From the IMG/VR virus record IMGVR_UViG_3300046096_000411, positions 1 through 64,000 of that record: a stretch of 64,000 nucleotides of DNA; one strand, 5' to 3'. The position numbers and the translations under genes are program-made. Origin of the DNA: a virus. This document shows, piece after piece, positions 46,408 to 55,017 of the stretch (positions are counted from its first letter, which is position 1; each line of letters begins with the position of its first letter). Below the pieces are notes generated by a model. It was given only the letters and a program-made list of their open reading frames with translations, ran no database searches and was not told the DNA's origin.

Positions 46408-47169
46408 TCAAATAAATTTTAGCCATTCGAGGGGTTCGGTGAGGATGAGCCTGTTGTTCTTTGACTGATTCAAAGCCCATGGGATTACTTGGCAGTTGTT
46501 CCAAACATGCAGGCCACACGCCGAGCGCCCAGCCAGAGGGATCATGTGATCCGAAGCCCAATCAGTCCCGGTTGATGCTCTGCGCAGGCGCACGAGATCA
46601 GCCGCCTCTACCCAAGCCAGATCATCAAGCTCGCCGTGCCAAACGGGGACGGCTCGCATTTTGTTTGCCTTCCTCTTTTGCTGCAAAGCCGTTCTTCTGT
46701 GCTGGTTTTCAGCGGACCATGCACGAACCCGAGCCCTTACGACATCGCCATTCTTCTCTCGATAGGCTTTCGACTTTTCCGCAAGAGCATCTTTGTTGCG
46801 CTGGTAGTAGCTCGCCCATTCTTCGGCGCGTTTTAATCTTGCCGCCTCTGGGCTGCGCTTCTTGCGTGGGTGGTTTGGTGGCCCAACAAACGCGTCTGCG
46901 CGAGCTTTGTCCCGCAGCTTCCGTTTCAGCCGCCCAACCTCGGATGACGACCGCTCCCTGTCGTACCTGAGCAACTTATCCGCGTTTCTTGCCCGGTAGG
47001 CTGCGTTGTACTTGCGCGCGCGAACCGGATCATAGTCAGCCCTCTTGCACTCGATGCATTTGGCGGATGCGGAAAGGCGCTCTGAAATGTGGCCATTCAC
47101 ACATGGCTTTCCAGTGAAGTAGCGGGCCAGCCCTTTTTCTATTGCCTCTGATCTTCCGATTTTTTCCAT
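46408..47169 (-). CDS. HNH endonuclease (homing-type)
   Basis: DHMIPL...CGLHVWNNCQVI...NQSKNN; N-terminal YFTGKPCVNGH...CIEC zinc motif; lower GC. Confidence 0.9.
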   Translation of the reverse strand: MEKIGRSEAIEKGLARYFTGKPCVNGHISERLSASAKCIECKRADYDPVRARKYNAAYRARNADKLLRYDRERSSSEVGRLKRKLRDKARADAFVGPPNHPRKKRSPEAARLKRAEEWASYYQRNKDALAEKSKAYREKNGDVVRARVRAWSAENQHRRTALQQKRKANKMRAVPVWHGELDDLAWVEAADLVRLRRASTGTDWASDHMIPLAGRSACGLHVWNNCQVIPWALNQSKNNRLILTEPLEWLKFI

Positions 47170-47178
47170 CGGTAGATA

Positions 47179-47973
47179 TTAGCTCTTCGGAGCGACCTTT
47201 GGTGCTTGGTGTAGCTTTTTCGGTGCAGGCCCAGCACCAACAGCCTCAGCAATTCCATGATCCGTTGGCATGTTGAGAACTTCGTACAGGTGTCCACGAG
47301 GGACGAGGCTCACGGCCTCTGATTCCCAGCCGCAGTCAGTTGGGTCGCCACCAACCCGCACCGCCCGGTAGAACCGGGCCTTGCTGGTGGTGCGCTCCAC
47401 GTCCATCAGGAAGCCGGTGATCTTGATCTTCAGCCCACTTTCTTCGTGGGCCTCTTTCGCTGCATTACCTTGCAGGCTCAAGCCCTTCTCTGCGCCCCCT
47501 TTGGGGAAGCTGGCTTGGTACCCACCGAAGGCATTGGTCGGATGGATCACCCAGCACCGGCCGTCCTTTTCCTCAATCACAACGCCAGAGGCGACCGCCT
47601 TGCCGGGTGTGACATGGAACGCTGGTTCTTCAATGTCGTGATCAACGCAGTCCGAATAATCCCAACCCTCGGCCGTGGTCGGCGCATCGCGCCAGCGGCG
47701 AAACGGCACGCCGTTCAACTCGCGGGGCACGTCGCCACCAGGCACAAACGTGGCCACGGCGTCGGGGTTGTCCCAAGTGGACTCGGCCGACGGATGGTGC
47801 GGGGCCTTGACCAGCACGGCCTCGCCCTTTTCGCCCAGCTTCGGGTGATGGTGCGGTGGCAGCGGCTCGTGGCCGTTGCGGTCATACGGGCGGACGTAGT
47901 GCTCGCCGCGCATGTGGCCCTTGACGTGGGCCTTGGCGAGATCGTCGCCGAACTCCAGTACGGCATCAGTCAT
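47179..47973 (-). CDS. Nudix hydrolase with putative capsid-targeting leader
   Basis: FPKGGAEKGLSLQGNAAKEAHEESGL Nudix box (first Glu replaced); N-terminal DLAK/AHVKGHMRG. Confidence 0.88.
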   Translation of the reverse strand: MTDAVLEFGDDLAKAHVKGHMRGEHYVRPYDRNGHEPLPPHHHPKLGEKGEAVLVKAPHHPSAESTWDNPDAVATFVPGGDVPRELNGVPFRRWRDAPTTAEGWDYSDCVDHDIEEPAFHVTPGKAVASGVVIEEKDGRCWVIHPTNAFGGYQASFPKGGAEKGLSLQGNAAKEAHEESGLKIKITGFLMDVERTTSKARFYRAVRVGGDPTDCGWESEAVSLVPRGHLYEVLNMPTDHGIAEAVGAGPAPKKLHQAPKVAPKS

Positions 47974-48475
47974 TGCCCACCACCCCCGTCAACGCCATAG
48001 AAATCGACCGGACGGCCGCCACCAGGGTCTGCTCTGTTTCCTCTCCTGGCGCGCCGGCGGACGCCTCGCGCAACAGGTCGTAGACCGAATGCACGAACAC
48101 GGCGAAGGCTTGGGCAACCAGCTGCACGTCGTCGTCGTCCGGCACCAGCTCCCGCTCCATGCGGTTGCGCAGGTGATCGGCCAGTGGTTTACCAGTCCAG
48201 TTGCGCACGGGCGCATAGGCGGGGTCCGCACCAGTGAACACGCTGGCGAGCTTCAGGCACTGCGCCCGGTCGGCGTCAGCGGCATCGCCGGGTGTGAGCA
48301 CGCCGTGCCCAACCTCGTCAAACCGCGTGATTACTTCGGATGCGAAGCCGCGCACGATACGCTCGACCTCCCGAATGTCGCCCAAGTACACGCGGCCATC
48401 GGTGGCGGCCTTCAGGGACTCAAGAATGCCAGAGGGGTCGGTGTGGAGGTTAAGTTTTTCGGTCATTTTGGTCAC
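47966..48475 (-). CDS. Hypothetical helical protein, candidate inhibitor/immunity partner of upstream ART-kinase
   Basis: GTGA-coupled to toxin-like gene; acidic, no targeting tag; function inferred from position only. Confidence 0.6.
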   Translation of the reverse strand: MTKMTEKLNLHTDPSGILESLKAATDGRVYLGDIREVERIVRGFASEVITRFDEVGHGVLTPGDAADADRAQCLKLASVFTGADPAYAPVRNWTGKPLADHLRNRMERELVPDDDDVQLVAQAFAVFVHSVYDLLREASAGAPGEETEQTLVAAVRSISMALTGVVGND

Positions 48476-51400
48476 TCAGTTGGCAGAATAACGGCTTCGA
48501 TCACGTGGCTTGACGATTTGCCAAACCCGTCCGCATCGCCGTCCTTGCCTTTTACAGACAGGATCATAAGGCGAGTTCCAGGCGGGAGGATCATCTCATC
48601 CTCGCCGGAGTTTGAAGATAAAGCACCACCACCAGCAATCGAGTGGTACCCGACCCATAAACCCTTCACGCCGGGGCCCACGTGTAGCTTCAGGTGCACG
48701 TTTCCACCCCAAGAAGACGGACGGATTGACGTGGACATGATCGCTGGCTCCTGAAGAATTTTCCCCGAGGACTTCAGCAGCTGATCAAGGTCACTGCCGT
48801 GCAGCGAAATCTTGCGCGACAGGACCGTGCCCGGTGCAATATCATGCCCCAGTGTTTTCAAAGCCTCGCCGGCAGCCTTTGCCGCGCCAGTCGGGTTGCC
48901 GCTCCACAGCGAGCCATTCATGGCGTGATACGAGCTGCCAGTGTAGCTCTTCACCGCCTGCTTTTGCGTGGCGGGCATTTTTGCAATCGCGGCTTGGGCC
49001 TGCTTGGCATAGGTCTGGGCGGAAAGCGCGCCGCCACCCTCTGCGTGCTTGATTTTTTCCGGCAGACCCAAATCCGCCAGATTTACCGACCCGGGCTCGC
49101 CGAGCACAATAAACTTGCCGAGCTTTTGCGCGACAGCGCTGGAAGCAGGACCAGTAAACGCGGGGTACGCAGCATTCAGCGAGTGCAGCGGGTGGCCGCC
49201 GTCAAACCTGAACTTCTTGGGCGGGTTTAGCTGGTAGTTGATCTCGTTGATGGCCTGCTGGGCGTAGCCCTTCACGTGCTGGCTGGGGTGCTCCAGCACA
49301 GGCTTGTGGCCAACAACCTGCCCGGAATCCTTGTCATAAACCGGCGCGGTCAGGCCTTTGATGGCGTCCAAGTCGCCCGTCTTGGCGGCGGCGAAAACCG
49401 CCTGCACGGCTTCCTCGTTGGCTTTGTTGAGAAACTCCTTCGAGGAAGGGCCAGAGCTGCCGTTGCCGCCCCAGTTGAGAAAGGACGGCGGCGCGCTGAT
49501 GTCTTCGGGTTTGAAGACCGGGGCCTTCTTCTTCTTGACGGCGGCAGGAAACCGCTTCGCCAGGTCGGCCTTGCGGGCAATAAGCGTCTCGGCCAACTTC
49601 GTCTTGGCTGCGGCATCGCCGGGTCCGTACTGGTTGACCATGGCGCGAATGGCCACGTCGCTGATGGCTAGCACCTTTGCCGCGCTGGCGGTCAGGTCGG
49701 CCTTGGTCATGCCCTTGAAGACAGACGCGGCCTGCGGGTTTTTGCCCGCGTCCAGCAGGGTGTCGAGCTCGTCCACCTTGGAGCCAAAAGGCTTCTTCTC
49801 GCCTTGGGCGCGGTATTCGAGCGAACCACCAGCATCCACGCGGTGGGCCTTGCCGTCGGGGCCAACCTGCAGGTTGTCGTAGCCGAGGCCGACCACGTCC
49901 CAGTTGCCCAGCCATGCATCAACCGCGAAACCGGCCTGCGCGCCATCAACCTTGGCAAGCGCGCCAGGAGTGGCGGCCTTTTTGATGTCCACCCACTTGG
50001 AGGCAATGCCGACCTTGCCACCCTTAGTGACAAGCACGGCGTCTTGGCTGGACAAGCCCGCGAGGGCGTACAGCTTGGCCGCGAGCACTTCGGACTTGGC
50101 GGTGTCGGCGTCGGCGGGGAATTTGCAGTACCACTCCTGGCCGGCGGGGTCTTTGAACTTGCCGCCGGGGTTGGAGCCGCCCTGCCCGCCGGTTTGAGCC
50201 CATCCGTCCATGGGGAGCATGCCGCCGGCGGCGGTTGGGGGCACCTGAGCTGCGGGAGCGGCGGCGGTTACGGGGGAGGGCCCGGTGCCATCGCTCCACG
50301 CAGAGGTGTCCACTCCCATGGCCTGCGCCACGGCTTTGATGTGGCTGGCAGTTTTGGGGAAGCTCATCGCGTGAGCCTTGGTGTAGGCGTTAGCCATGCC
50401 CACGCCGTCGCCTTTCTTGGCTGCGGCTGTGGCCAGCTTGCCTGCCCCGTTGTTTGAAAACTTAGACTGGCCTGGGCTGATCGTCTGGATGGCGGTACTG
50501 ATGTCGATCAGGGTTGCCTTTTTGACCTTGGCCGGGGCGGCAGGCTTGTAAGTCGGGTCGAGCTTTTTCAGCGCGGCATCTGGCGGGATGGGGTATCCCA
50601 TCGCCTTCATCTGGGGGAGAATTTCGGCGAGCGTTTCGCCCGGAATGGTGTCGGGCTCGGCGAACGAGTCATCCGTCACGCCAAATTCAAACCCGTCATC
50701 GCCGCCTCCGGCGAGGTAATAACCTTTCCCGTCTTTCTCAAATTCCAGCGATGGGCTGCCATCGAGGCCGGGATTGGATGCCGAGTGGGTCCACCCACCC
50801 ATGCCGTCATCCTGCTTGACCCAGTGCCCATTTTTGAACACCAGCATGCCGTCGGCGCCAGGCTTTGTGTCGCCTTCCTTGGGGCCGGGCTCCACGGCGG
50901 CTGGGGCTTCGTACTCGTGCTGAGCGGTACCGGAATAGTTGTAGCCCTTGGCCTTCTTCTCCCCCATGAGCTTGACGGCGGCATTTTTTGCGGCCTGCTC
51001 GGATGGAAATACCTTCTCGGTGACCTGCCCCTTGGTGCCGATTTTCCCGTAGTGCGTCTTCATCACGGAGCCGAGCGTCGACACCGACCAGAACTTGCTG
51101 TGGCCGGGCTCCTTGTTTTCGTAGAGCGGGGCGTCGATTTTTAGTTTTTGCGCGGGGGTTGCAGGCGCAGCTGGGGCGGGCGCAGGGGAAGCCCGCTGAG
51201 GCTTCGTCCCAGCCAGCGCATGCCCCTGCAGCTCTTGCGCTTTCTGCTGAGCCGCCTCCAAAGCGTCATCGTAGTCTTCGTCCGTTTGCTTTTCTGCCGG
51301 CATACTCTCGTTCACGGCATCCATGAAGTATTCCATGGCGGCGTCCGGGTCGTGGTCCGTCAGCGCCTCGTAGGCATCGGCCTGCGCCTTGGTGGGGACT

Positions 51401-52782
51401 TTCCCAGCGGAGATTGCGGCCTTCCACTCGCTGACGACGGGGTATGGGTCGGCGGCTGGCGCGGGGGGTGTAGCAGTCTGCATCCCGATTGCCGCAGCAT
51501 GGTGCGACAGGTCGTGCGACGCCAGTGCATCGTGCATTTCAGGCTCGCCGCCAGGATTTGCTGCCAGCCAGTCCTGAGCCGCGAGCTTGGCGGCGATAAC
51601 CTTGTCGTAGGGTGACGACATTTTGTGCGCAGCCAGCGTGTGCGCGAGGTGGTCGTAGGCAGGCTTACCTTGGAGCGCAACCGGCGCAGGCTCCACAGGC
51701 ACAGCCGCGGTCGCGCCATCCACACCCAGGCCGGCCAGCGCGGTCTGCGCGGTGAGAGCCTGCTTCTTGGCGTAGGTCTGCTTGGCGTCGGCCTTCGAGT
51801 TGATAAAGGCCTGCAGCCCGGCGGTGTCGCCAGCGAAGGCCATGGCCTCGATCTTCGCCATGGCGGCGTTGTGGCTCTTGGCGTTGGTGTTCTCGGGGGG
51901 CAGCTTCAGCTTGAACCATGGGATGGATTGCAGGTTCTGCAGCTGCTGGGCTGAGAGCGCACCAGAGGCGGGCGGGGCCGATGCCGGAATCTCGGCTTCG
52001 GGAGCGGCGGGCGCGGCGGCCTGCGGAGCTGCCTGCTTTTTGGCCGTGCCCTTGGCAACAGCCTCGGCCAGCGTAGCGGCGGGGATAGTCGCGGAGTTTG
52101 TCTGGTTCGGCACCTTCGCGCCGACCTTGTGCATGTAGACATGCTGGCCGTCGGGGCTGGTGTTGTAGACCACCCACTTGCCGGCGTTCATCTTCTCGTA
52201 CTGGCTGGAGAACTCGAAGACGGTGCCGGTTGCTACAGTTTCGGCAGATGCCGGAGTAATCGCGGCGGGCTCGGGCTCCTTCGGCGCCAGGTGCTCAGGC
52301 AACCCAGTCGGATGCGGGTCGGCGGGCTCAGCCACCTGGGCGGCGGCGTGGGTACCGGGTTTCTGGCCCGGGGTGACGGTGTGCGTAGAGCCGTGCAGGC
52401 CCAACAAGTGGTTGGCGATTTTCGCCAGCTTCGCGCCGTAGGTGTTCGTGCCAAAACCCGCACCAACGATGGCCGTCACATCGCCCGCATCGGACCACGC
52501 GCGCAGCTTTTCCAGCGCCTTATTGAAAACGGGCGCGTTCACATTGGAGTCCGGCAGCTTCAGCGCGGACCATTGGTCGTCGGTAAAGTGCGCGGCGGCC
52601 TCGTGGTGCCCAGCGGATTTGGGGTGCGCAGCGACAGGTGCGCCCTTGGGGGCTGGTGCGTCTTGGGTGATCTTTCGCCACCGGGGAGGGTTGCCGTAAA
52701 GAGCGTACCCACCCTTATGGGCAATCGAGGTGCCGGTGCCGGGTCCGGATTTCAGCAGCAGGATGAGACGCGGTGTGTTCAT
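48472..52782 (-). CDS. Polyvalent protein: WGR domain + HipA/PI3-PI4-kinase-like domain + R-S-E ADP-ribosyltransferase
   Basis: WGR: HSKFWSV..HYGKIGTKGQ..EKKAKGY; kinase: GSNPGG..WYCK..SEVLAAKLY..LGNWD..DN..VDAG; ART: YTGSSYHAMNGSL..LSR..MSTS..EDEMILP. Confidence 0.88.
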   Translation of the reverse strand: MNTPRLILLLKSGPGTGTSIAHKGGYALYGNPPRWRKITQDAPAPKGAPVAAHPKSAGHHEAAAHFTDDQWSALKLPDSNVNAPVFNKALEKLRAWSDAGDVTAIVGAGFGTNTYGAKLAKIANHLLGLHGSTHTVTPGQKPGTHAAAQVAEPADPHPTGLPEHLAPKEPEPAAITPASAETVATGTVFEFSSQYEKMNAGKWVVYNTSPDGQHVYMHKVGAKVPNQTNSATIPAATLAEAVAKGTAKKQAAPQAAAPAAPEAEIPASAPPASGALSAQQLQNLQSIPWFKLKLPPENTNAKSHNAAMAKIEAMAFAGDTAGLQAFINSKADAKQTYAKKQALTAQTALAGLGVDGATAAVPVEPAPVALQGKPAYDHLAHTLAAHKMSSPYDKVIAAKLAAQDWLAANPGGEPEMHDALASHDLSHHAAAIGMQTATPPAPAADPYPVVSEWKAAISAGKVPTKAQADAYEALTDHDPDAAMEYFMDAVNESMPAEKQTDEDYDDALEAAQQKAQELQGHALAGTKPQRASPAPAPAAPATPAQKLKIDAPLYENKEPGHSKFWSVSTLGSVMKTHYGKIGTKGQVTEKVFPSEQAAKNAAVKLMGEKKAKGYNYSGTAQHEYEAPAAVEPGPKEGDTKPGADGMLVFKNGHWVKQDDGMGGWTHSASNPGLDGSPSLEFEKDGKGYYLAGGGDDGFEFGVTDDSFAEPDTIPGETLAEILPQMKAMGYPIPPDAALKKLDPTYKPAAPAKVKKATLIDISTAIQTISPGQSKFSNNGAGKLATAAAKKGDGVGMANAYTKAHAMSFPKTASHIKAVAQAMGVDTSAWSDGTGPSPVTAAAPAAQVPPTAAGGMLPMDGWAQTGGQGGSNPGGKFKDPAGQEWYCKFPADADTAKSEVLAAKLYALAGLSSQDAVLVTKGGKVGIASKWVDIKKAATPGALAKVDGAQAGFAVDAWLGNWDVVGLGYDNLQVGPDGKAHRVDAGGSLEYRAQGEKKPFGSKVDELDTLLDAGKNPQAASVFKGMTKADLTASAAKVLAISDVAIRAMVNQYGPGDAAAKTKLAETLIARKADLAKRFPAAVKKKKAPVFKPEDISAPPSFLNWGGNGSSGPSSKEFLNKANEEAVQAVFAAAKTGDLDAIKGLTAPVYDKDSGQVVGHKPVLEHPSQHVKGYAQQAINEINYQLNPPKKFRFDGGHPLHSLNAAYPAFTGPASSAVAQKLGKFIVLGEPGSVNLADLGLPEKIKHAEGGGALSAQTYAKQAQAAIAKMPATQKQAVKSYTGSSYHAMNGSLWSGNPTGAAKAAGEALKTLGHDIAPGTVLSRKISLHGSDLDQLLKSSGKILQEPAIMSTSIRPSSWGGNVHLKLHVGPGVKGLWVGYHSIAGGGALSSNSGEDEMILPPGTRLMILSVKGKDGDADGFGKSSSHVIEAVILPTE

Positions 52783-52804
52783 CCGCGCATTTTGAAGTCA
52801 CGAC
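52783..52804 (-). promoter_or_regulatory. Late-promoter motif, leaderless (GTCGTGA cttc AAAAT gcgcgg ATG)
   Basis: TCACGAC at 52798-52804. Confidence 0.85.
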
Positions 52805-52815
52805 GCGCGGCAGCG

Positions 52816-53136
52816 TCACGCCACCGGCACGACCTTGCAGGTCTTCGCGCCGAACTGGACCTCCACGTCCACGGCGAAAACGCCAGACAGGCGGATCGGC
52901 GCGCGCTTGATGGACAGCGACTCGGCGTGCGTGAGCATGTCCACCGACCACTCGTACTCGGGCATTTTGCGCGCCAAGCGCTTCGCCATTTTCATAGCCA
53001 TGCCCTCGGTGGGACGGATGGTGTAGATCATCCGGCGGCCGGGGTCTTGCGCGGGGAAGCCCGGGATGACAACCAGGATGGTCGGGTACTTCCGGGGCGG
53101 CTTCTTTTCCTTGGGCGGGGCGGCGGTTTCAGCCAT
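52816..53136 (-). CDS. Hypothetical protein
   Basis: GGAGG SD before MAETAAP. Confidence 0.6.
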   Translation of the reverse strand: MAETAAPPKEKKPPRKYPTILVVIPGFPAQDPGRRMIYTIRPTEGMAMKMAKRLARKMPEYEWSVDMLTHAESLSIKRAPIRLSGVFAVDVEVQFGAKTCKVVPVA

Positions 53137-53326
53137 GAAGCGCCTCCCGGAGCGCCCGCTGTGCGCCCTGGACGCGGACAGCCAGCCAGAAAGCCACGCC
53201 AGCCAAGGCAACGCGCAGGCAGGTCCAATGACTTAGGATCATCGGTCGGTCGCAGTCAGGTGCGGACGGGCCACCAGGAGCGCAGCCACACGCCCCGCAG
53301 TAGGTACAGGGCGAGCGGGGGCCACA

Positions 53327-53707
53327 TCAGACAACGCTCCCAGCGGCCAGCTTGCTGCGAAGCTCGTAGCCCATGAGGGGCCACACCTTGTTGATGGCGT
53401 TGGCGCGGGCAATCTTGCGGCCCACCTCGGCGTCGAAGTTTTCCGGGCTGGCGCAGGCGCTTTCACCAGTGACGGTGAAGCCGTTACGCAGCATCAGCAC
53501 ACAAAACGTCAGCAATCCGAGTGAGGACGGGATAGCGTTAAGTTCTTCGTCGCCTGAACCCTTCGGCAGAGTGGCAACAACTCCAGCCGCTGCGGTGAAA
53601 TAGTGCTCGCTGACGATGTTCGCCTCGATGTCCGCAGGCGTCACGCGCGGGGCGGTCAACCCCTTAGCGACAATCTCGGCCTCAATGGCCTGATCGGCCG
53701 CGCTCAC
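53327..53707 (-). CDS. Phage gp49/gp66-family protein (candidate nucleotide-signal sponge)
   Basis: APRVTPADIEANI..LTFCVLMLRNGFTVTGESACASPENFDAEVGRKIA..KVWPLMGYEL family signature; GTGA-coupled start. Confidence 0.85.
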   Translation of the reverse strand: MSAADQAIEAEIVAKGLTAPRVTPADIEANIVSEHYFTAAAGVVATLPKGSGDEELNAIPSSLGLLTFCVLMLRNGFTVTGESACASPENFDAEVGRKIARANAINKVWPLMGYELRSKLAAGSVV

Positions 53708-54087
53708 TGCACCACCTCGGGCGCCTTCACCATGCCAATCGACTCGCGGGCCTTGAGCACCTTGTCGGCGTCGGCCAGGCGGTTGATCATGTCCACAGCG
53801 GCAGGGTCGCCAGCAGCAGCGGCGGCCTCGACGGACTTGGACGCGCCAACCGTGTCGAACACGAATGTGCACTTGTGCTGGGTGCCGCCAACGGGGAAGC
53901 TGGTGCCATCCCACACGACGAGCAGGTCTTCGACGTGCTGCTCAGCGGCGGCAGACACGCCCATCAGCACCAGAGGCGGCAGGTCGGAGACGAACTCGCC
54001 GTCGCCCTTGTGAATGAAAAGCATGTTGCCGCCGGTGGGGCTGGCGACGACAAGGACGGCGTCCTTGGGAAGTGAAAACGAAAACAT
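53704..54087 (-). CDS. Hypothetical protein
   Basis: AGGAG SD before MFSFSLPK. Confidence 0.7.
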   Translation of the reverse strand: MFSFSLPKDAVLVVASPTGGNMLFIHKGDGEFVSDLPPLVLMGVSAAAEQHVEDLLVVWDGTSFPVGGTQHKCTFVFDTVGASKSVEAAAAAGDPAAVDMINRLADADKVLKARESIGMVKAPEVVQ

Positions 54088-54109
54088 GGCGGCTCCTGAA
54101 AAAATTGAT

Positions 54110-54132
54110 GAGATCAACCGTCTTCTCACGAC
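54110..54132 (-). promoter_or_regulatory. Late-promoter motif, leadered (GTCGTGA gaag ACGGT tgatct...AGGAG...ATG)
   Basis: TCACGAC at 54126-54132. Confidence 0.65.
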
Positions 54133-54213
54133 CGGCTGGTGGCAAAATGGTCGGCGTGGCAGCACTTCGACATACCGCCACGCCTATCAACCACCGCTAA
54201 AAAGGAGCGATGA

Positions 54214-55017
54214 GTGACTGCAAATAATTCTACAGTAAAAACATTTTACACCTACGCGCACTACCGCGCGGACCAGCCGGAGCGCGGTCCGTTCTACATC
54301 GGCAAGGGCACGGGGCCACGGGCGTGGAAAACATCAGGCACGGGCAGATCAAAGTGGTGGCAGCGCATCGTTGCAAAGCACGGGCTCAAGGTCGAAATAC
54401 TGGCTCCATGGCCAACGGAGGACGACGCATACAGCCACGAGCGGCTGATGATTGAGTGCTTCCGCGACCTCGGTGATCTGGTGAACCTGACATCCGGCGG
54501 CGACGGCCTACGCGACCCAGACGGGTCCATTCGGGCGCGCATCGGAAGCAAAATCCGGCGTCACTGGGAAGACCCAGCAAGGCGCGCGCATTGGCTGGCC
54601 CAACGCAGCACACCCGAGGTTGTTGCGAAAAAGAGCAAGGCGCTGCGCGAGGCATTCGCCGCGCCTGGCAGCAAGGAGAAGCGCAGCGCGGCGGTAAAGG
54701 CATCGCACTCCAGGCCAGAAGTCCGGGAGCGCATCCTGAAGAACGCGGCAGACCCTGGATACCGCGCCAAGCTCAGCGCTGGCGTGAAGGCGGCCCTCGC
54801 AAGACCGGAGGCCAAAAGCCGAAAGTCGGCAGCCAGCAAGGCCATGTGGAAAGACGAGAAGCACCGCGAGCGATTCGCGGACCTGATGCGCCAGAAGGCC
54901 GAGGAACGGTGGGCAACGCTGCCGCCCGAAAAAGCCGCCAAGCTACGCCATGCGGCGGAGCTGGACCGCGCTCGCAAGGAGCGCAAGCGGTCAGAAAACG
55001 TCAACAGGATCGACTGA
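54214..55017 (+). CDS. GIY-YIG-type homing endonuclease with basic helical repeats
   Basis: FYTYAH..PFYIGKG..R..E..LVNLTSGGDG; antisense to neighbours. Confidence 0.85.
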   Translation: MTANNSTVKTFYTYAHYRADQPERGPFYIGKGTGPRAWKTSGTGRSKWWQRIVAKHGLKVEILAPWPTEDDAYSHERLMIECFRDLGDLVNLTSGGDGLRDPDGSIRARIGSKIRRHWEDPARRAHWLAQRSTPEVVAKKSKALREAFAAPGSKEKRSAAVKASHSRPEVRERILKNAADPGYRAKLSAGVKAALARPEAKSRKSAASKAMWKDEKHRERFADLMRQKAEERWATLPPEKAAKLRHAAELDRARKERKRSENVNRID

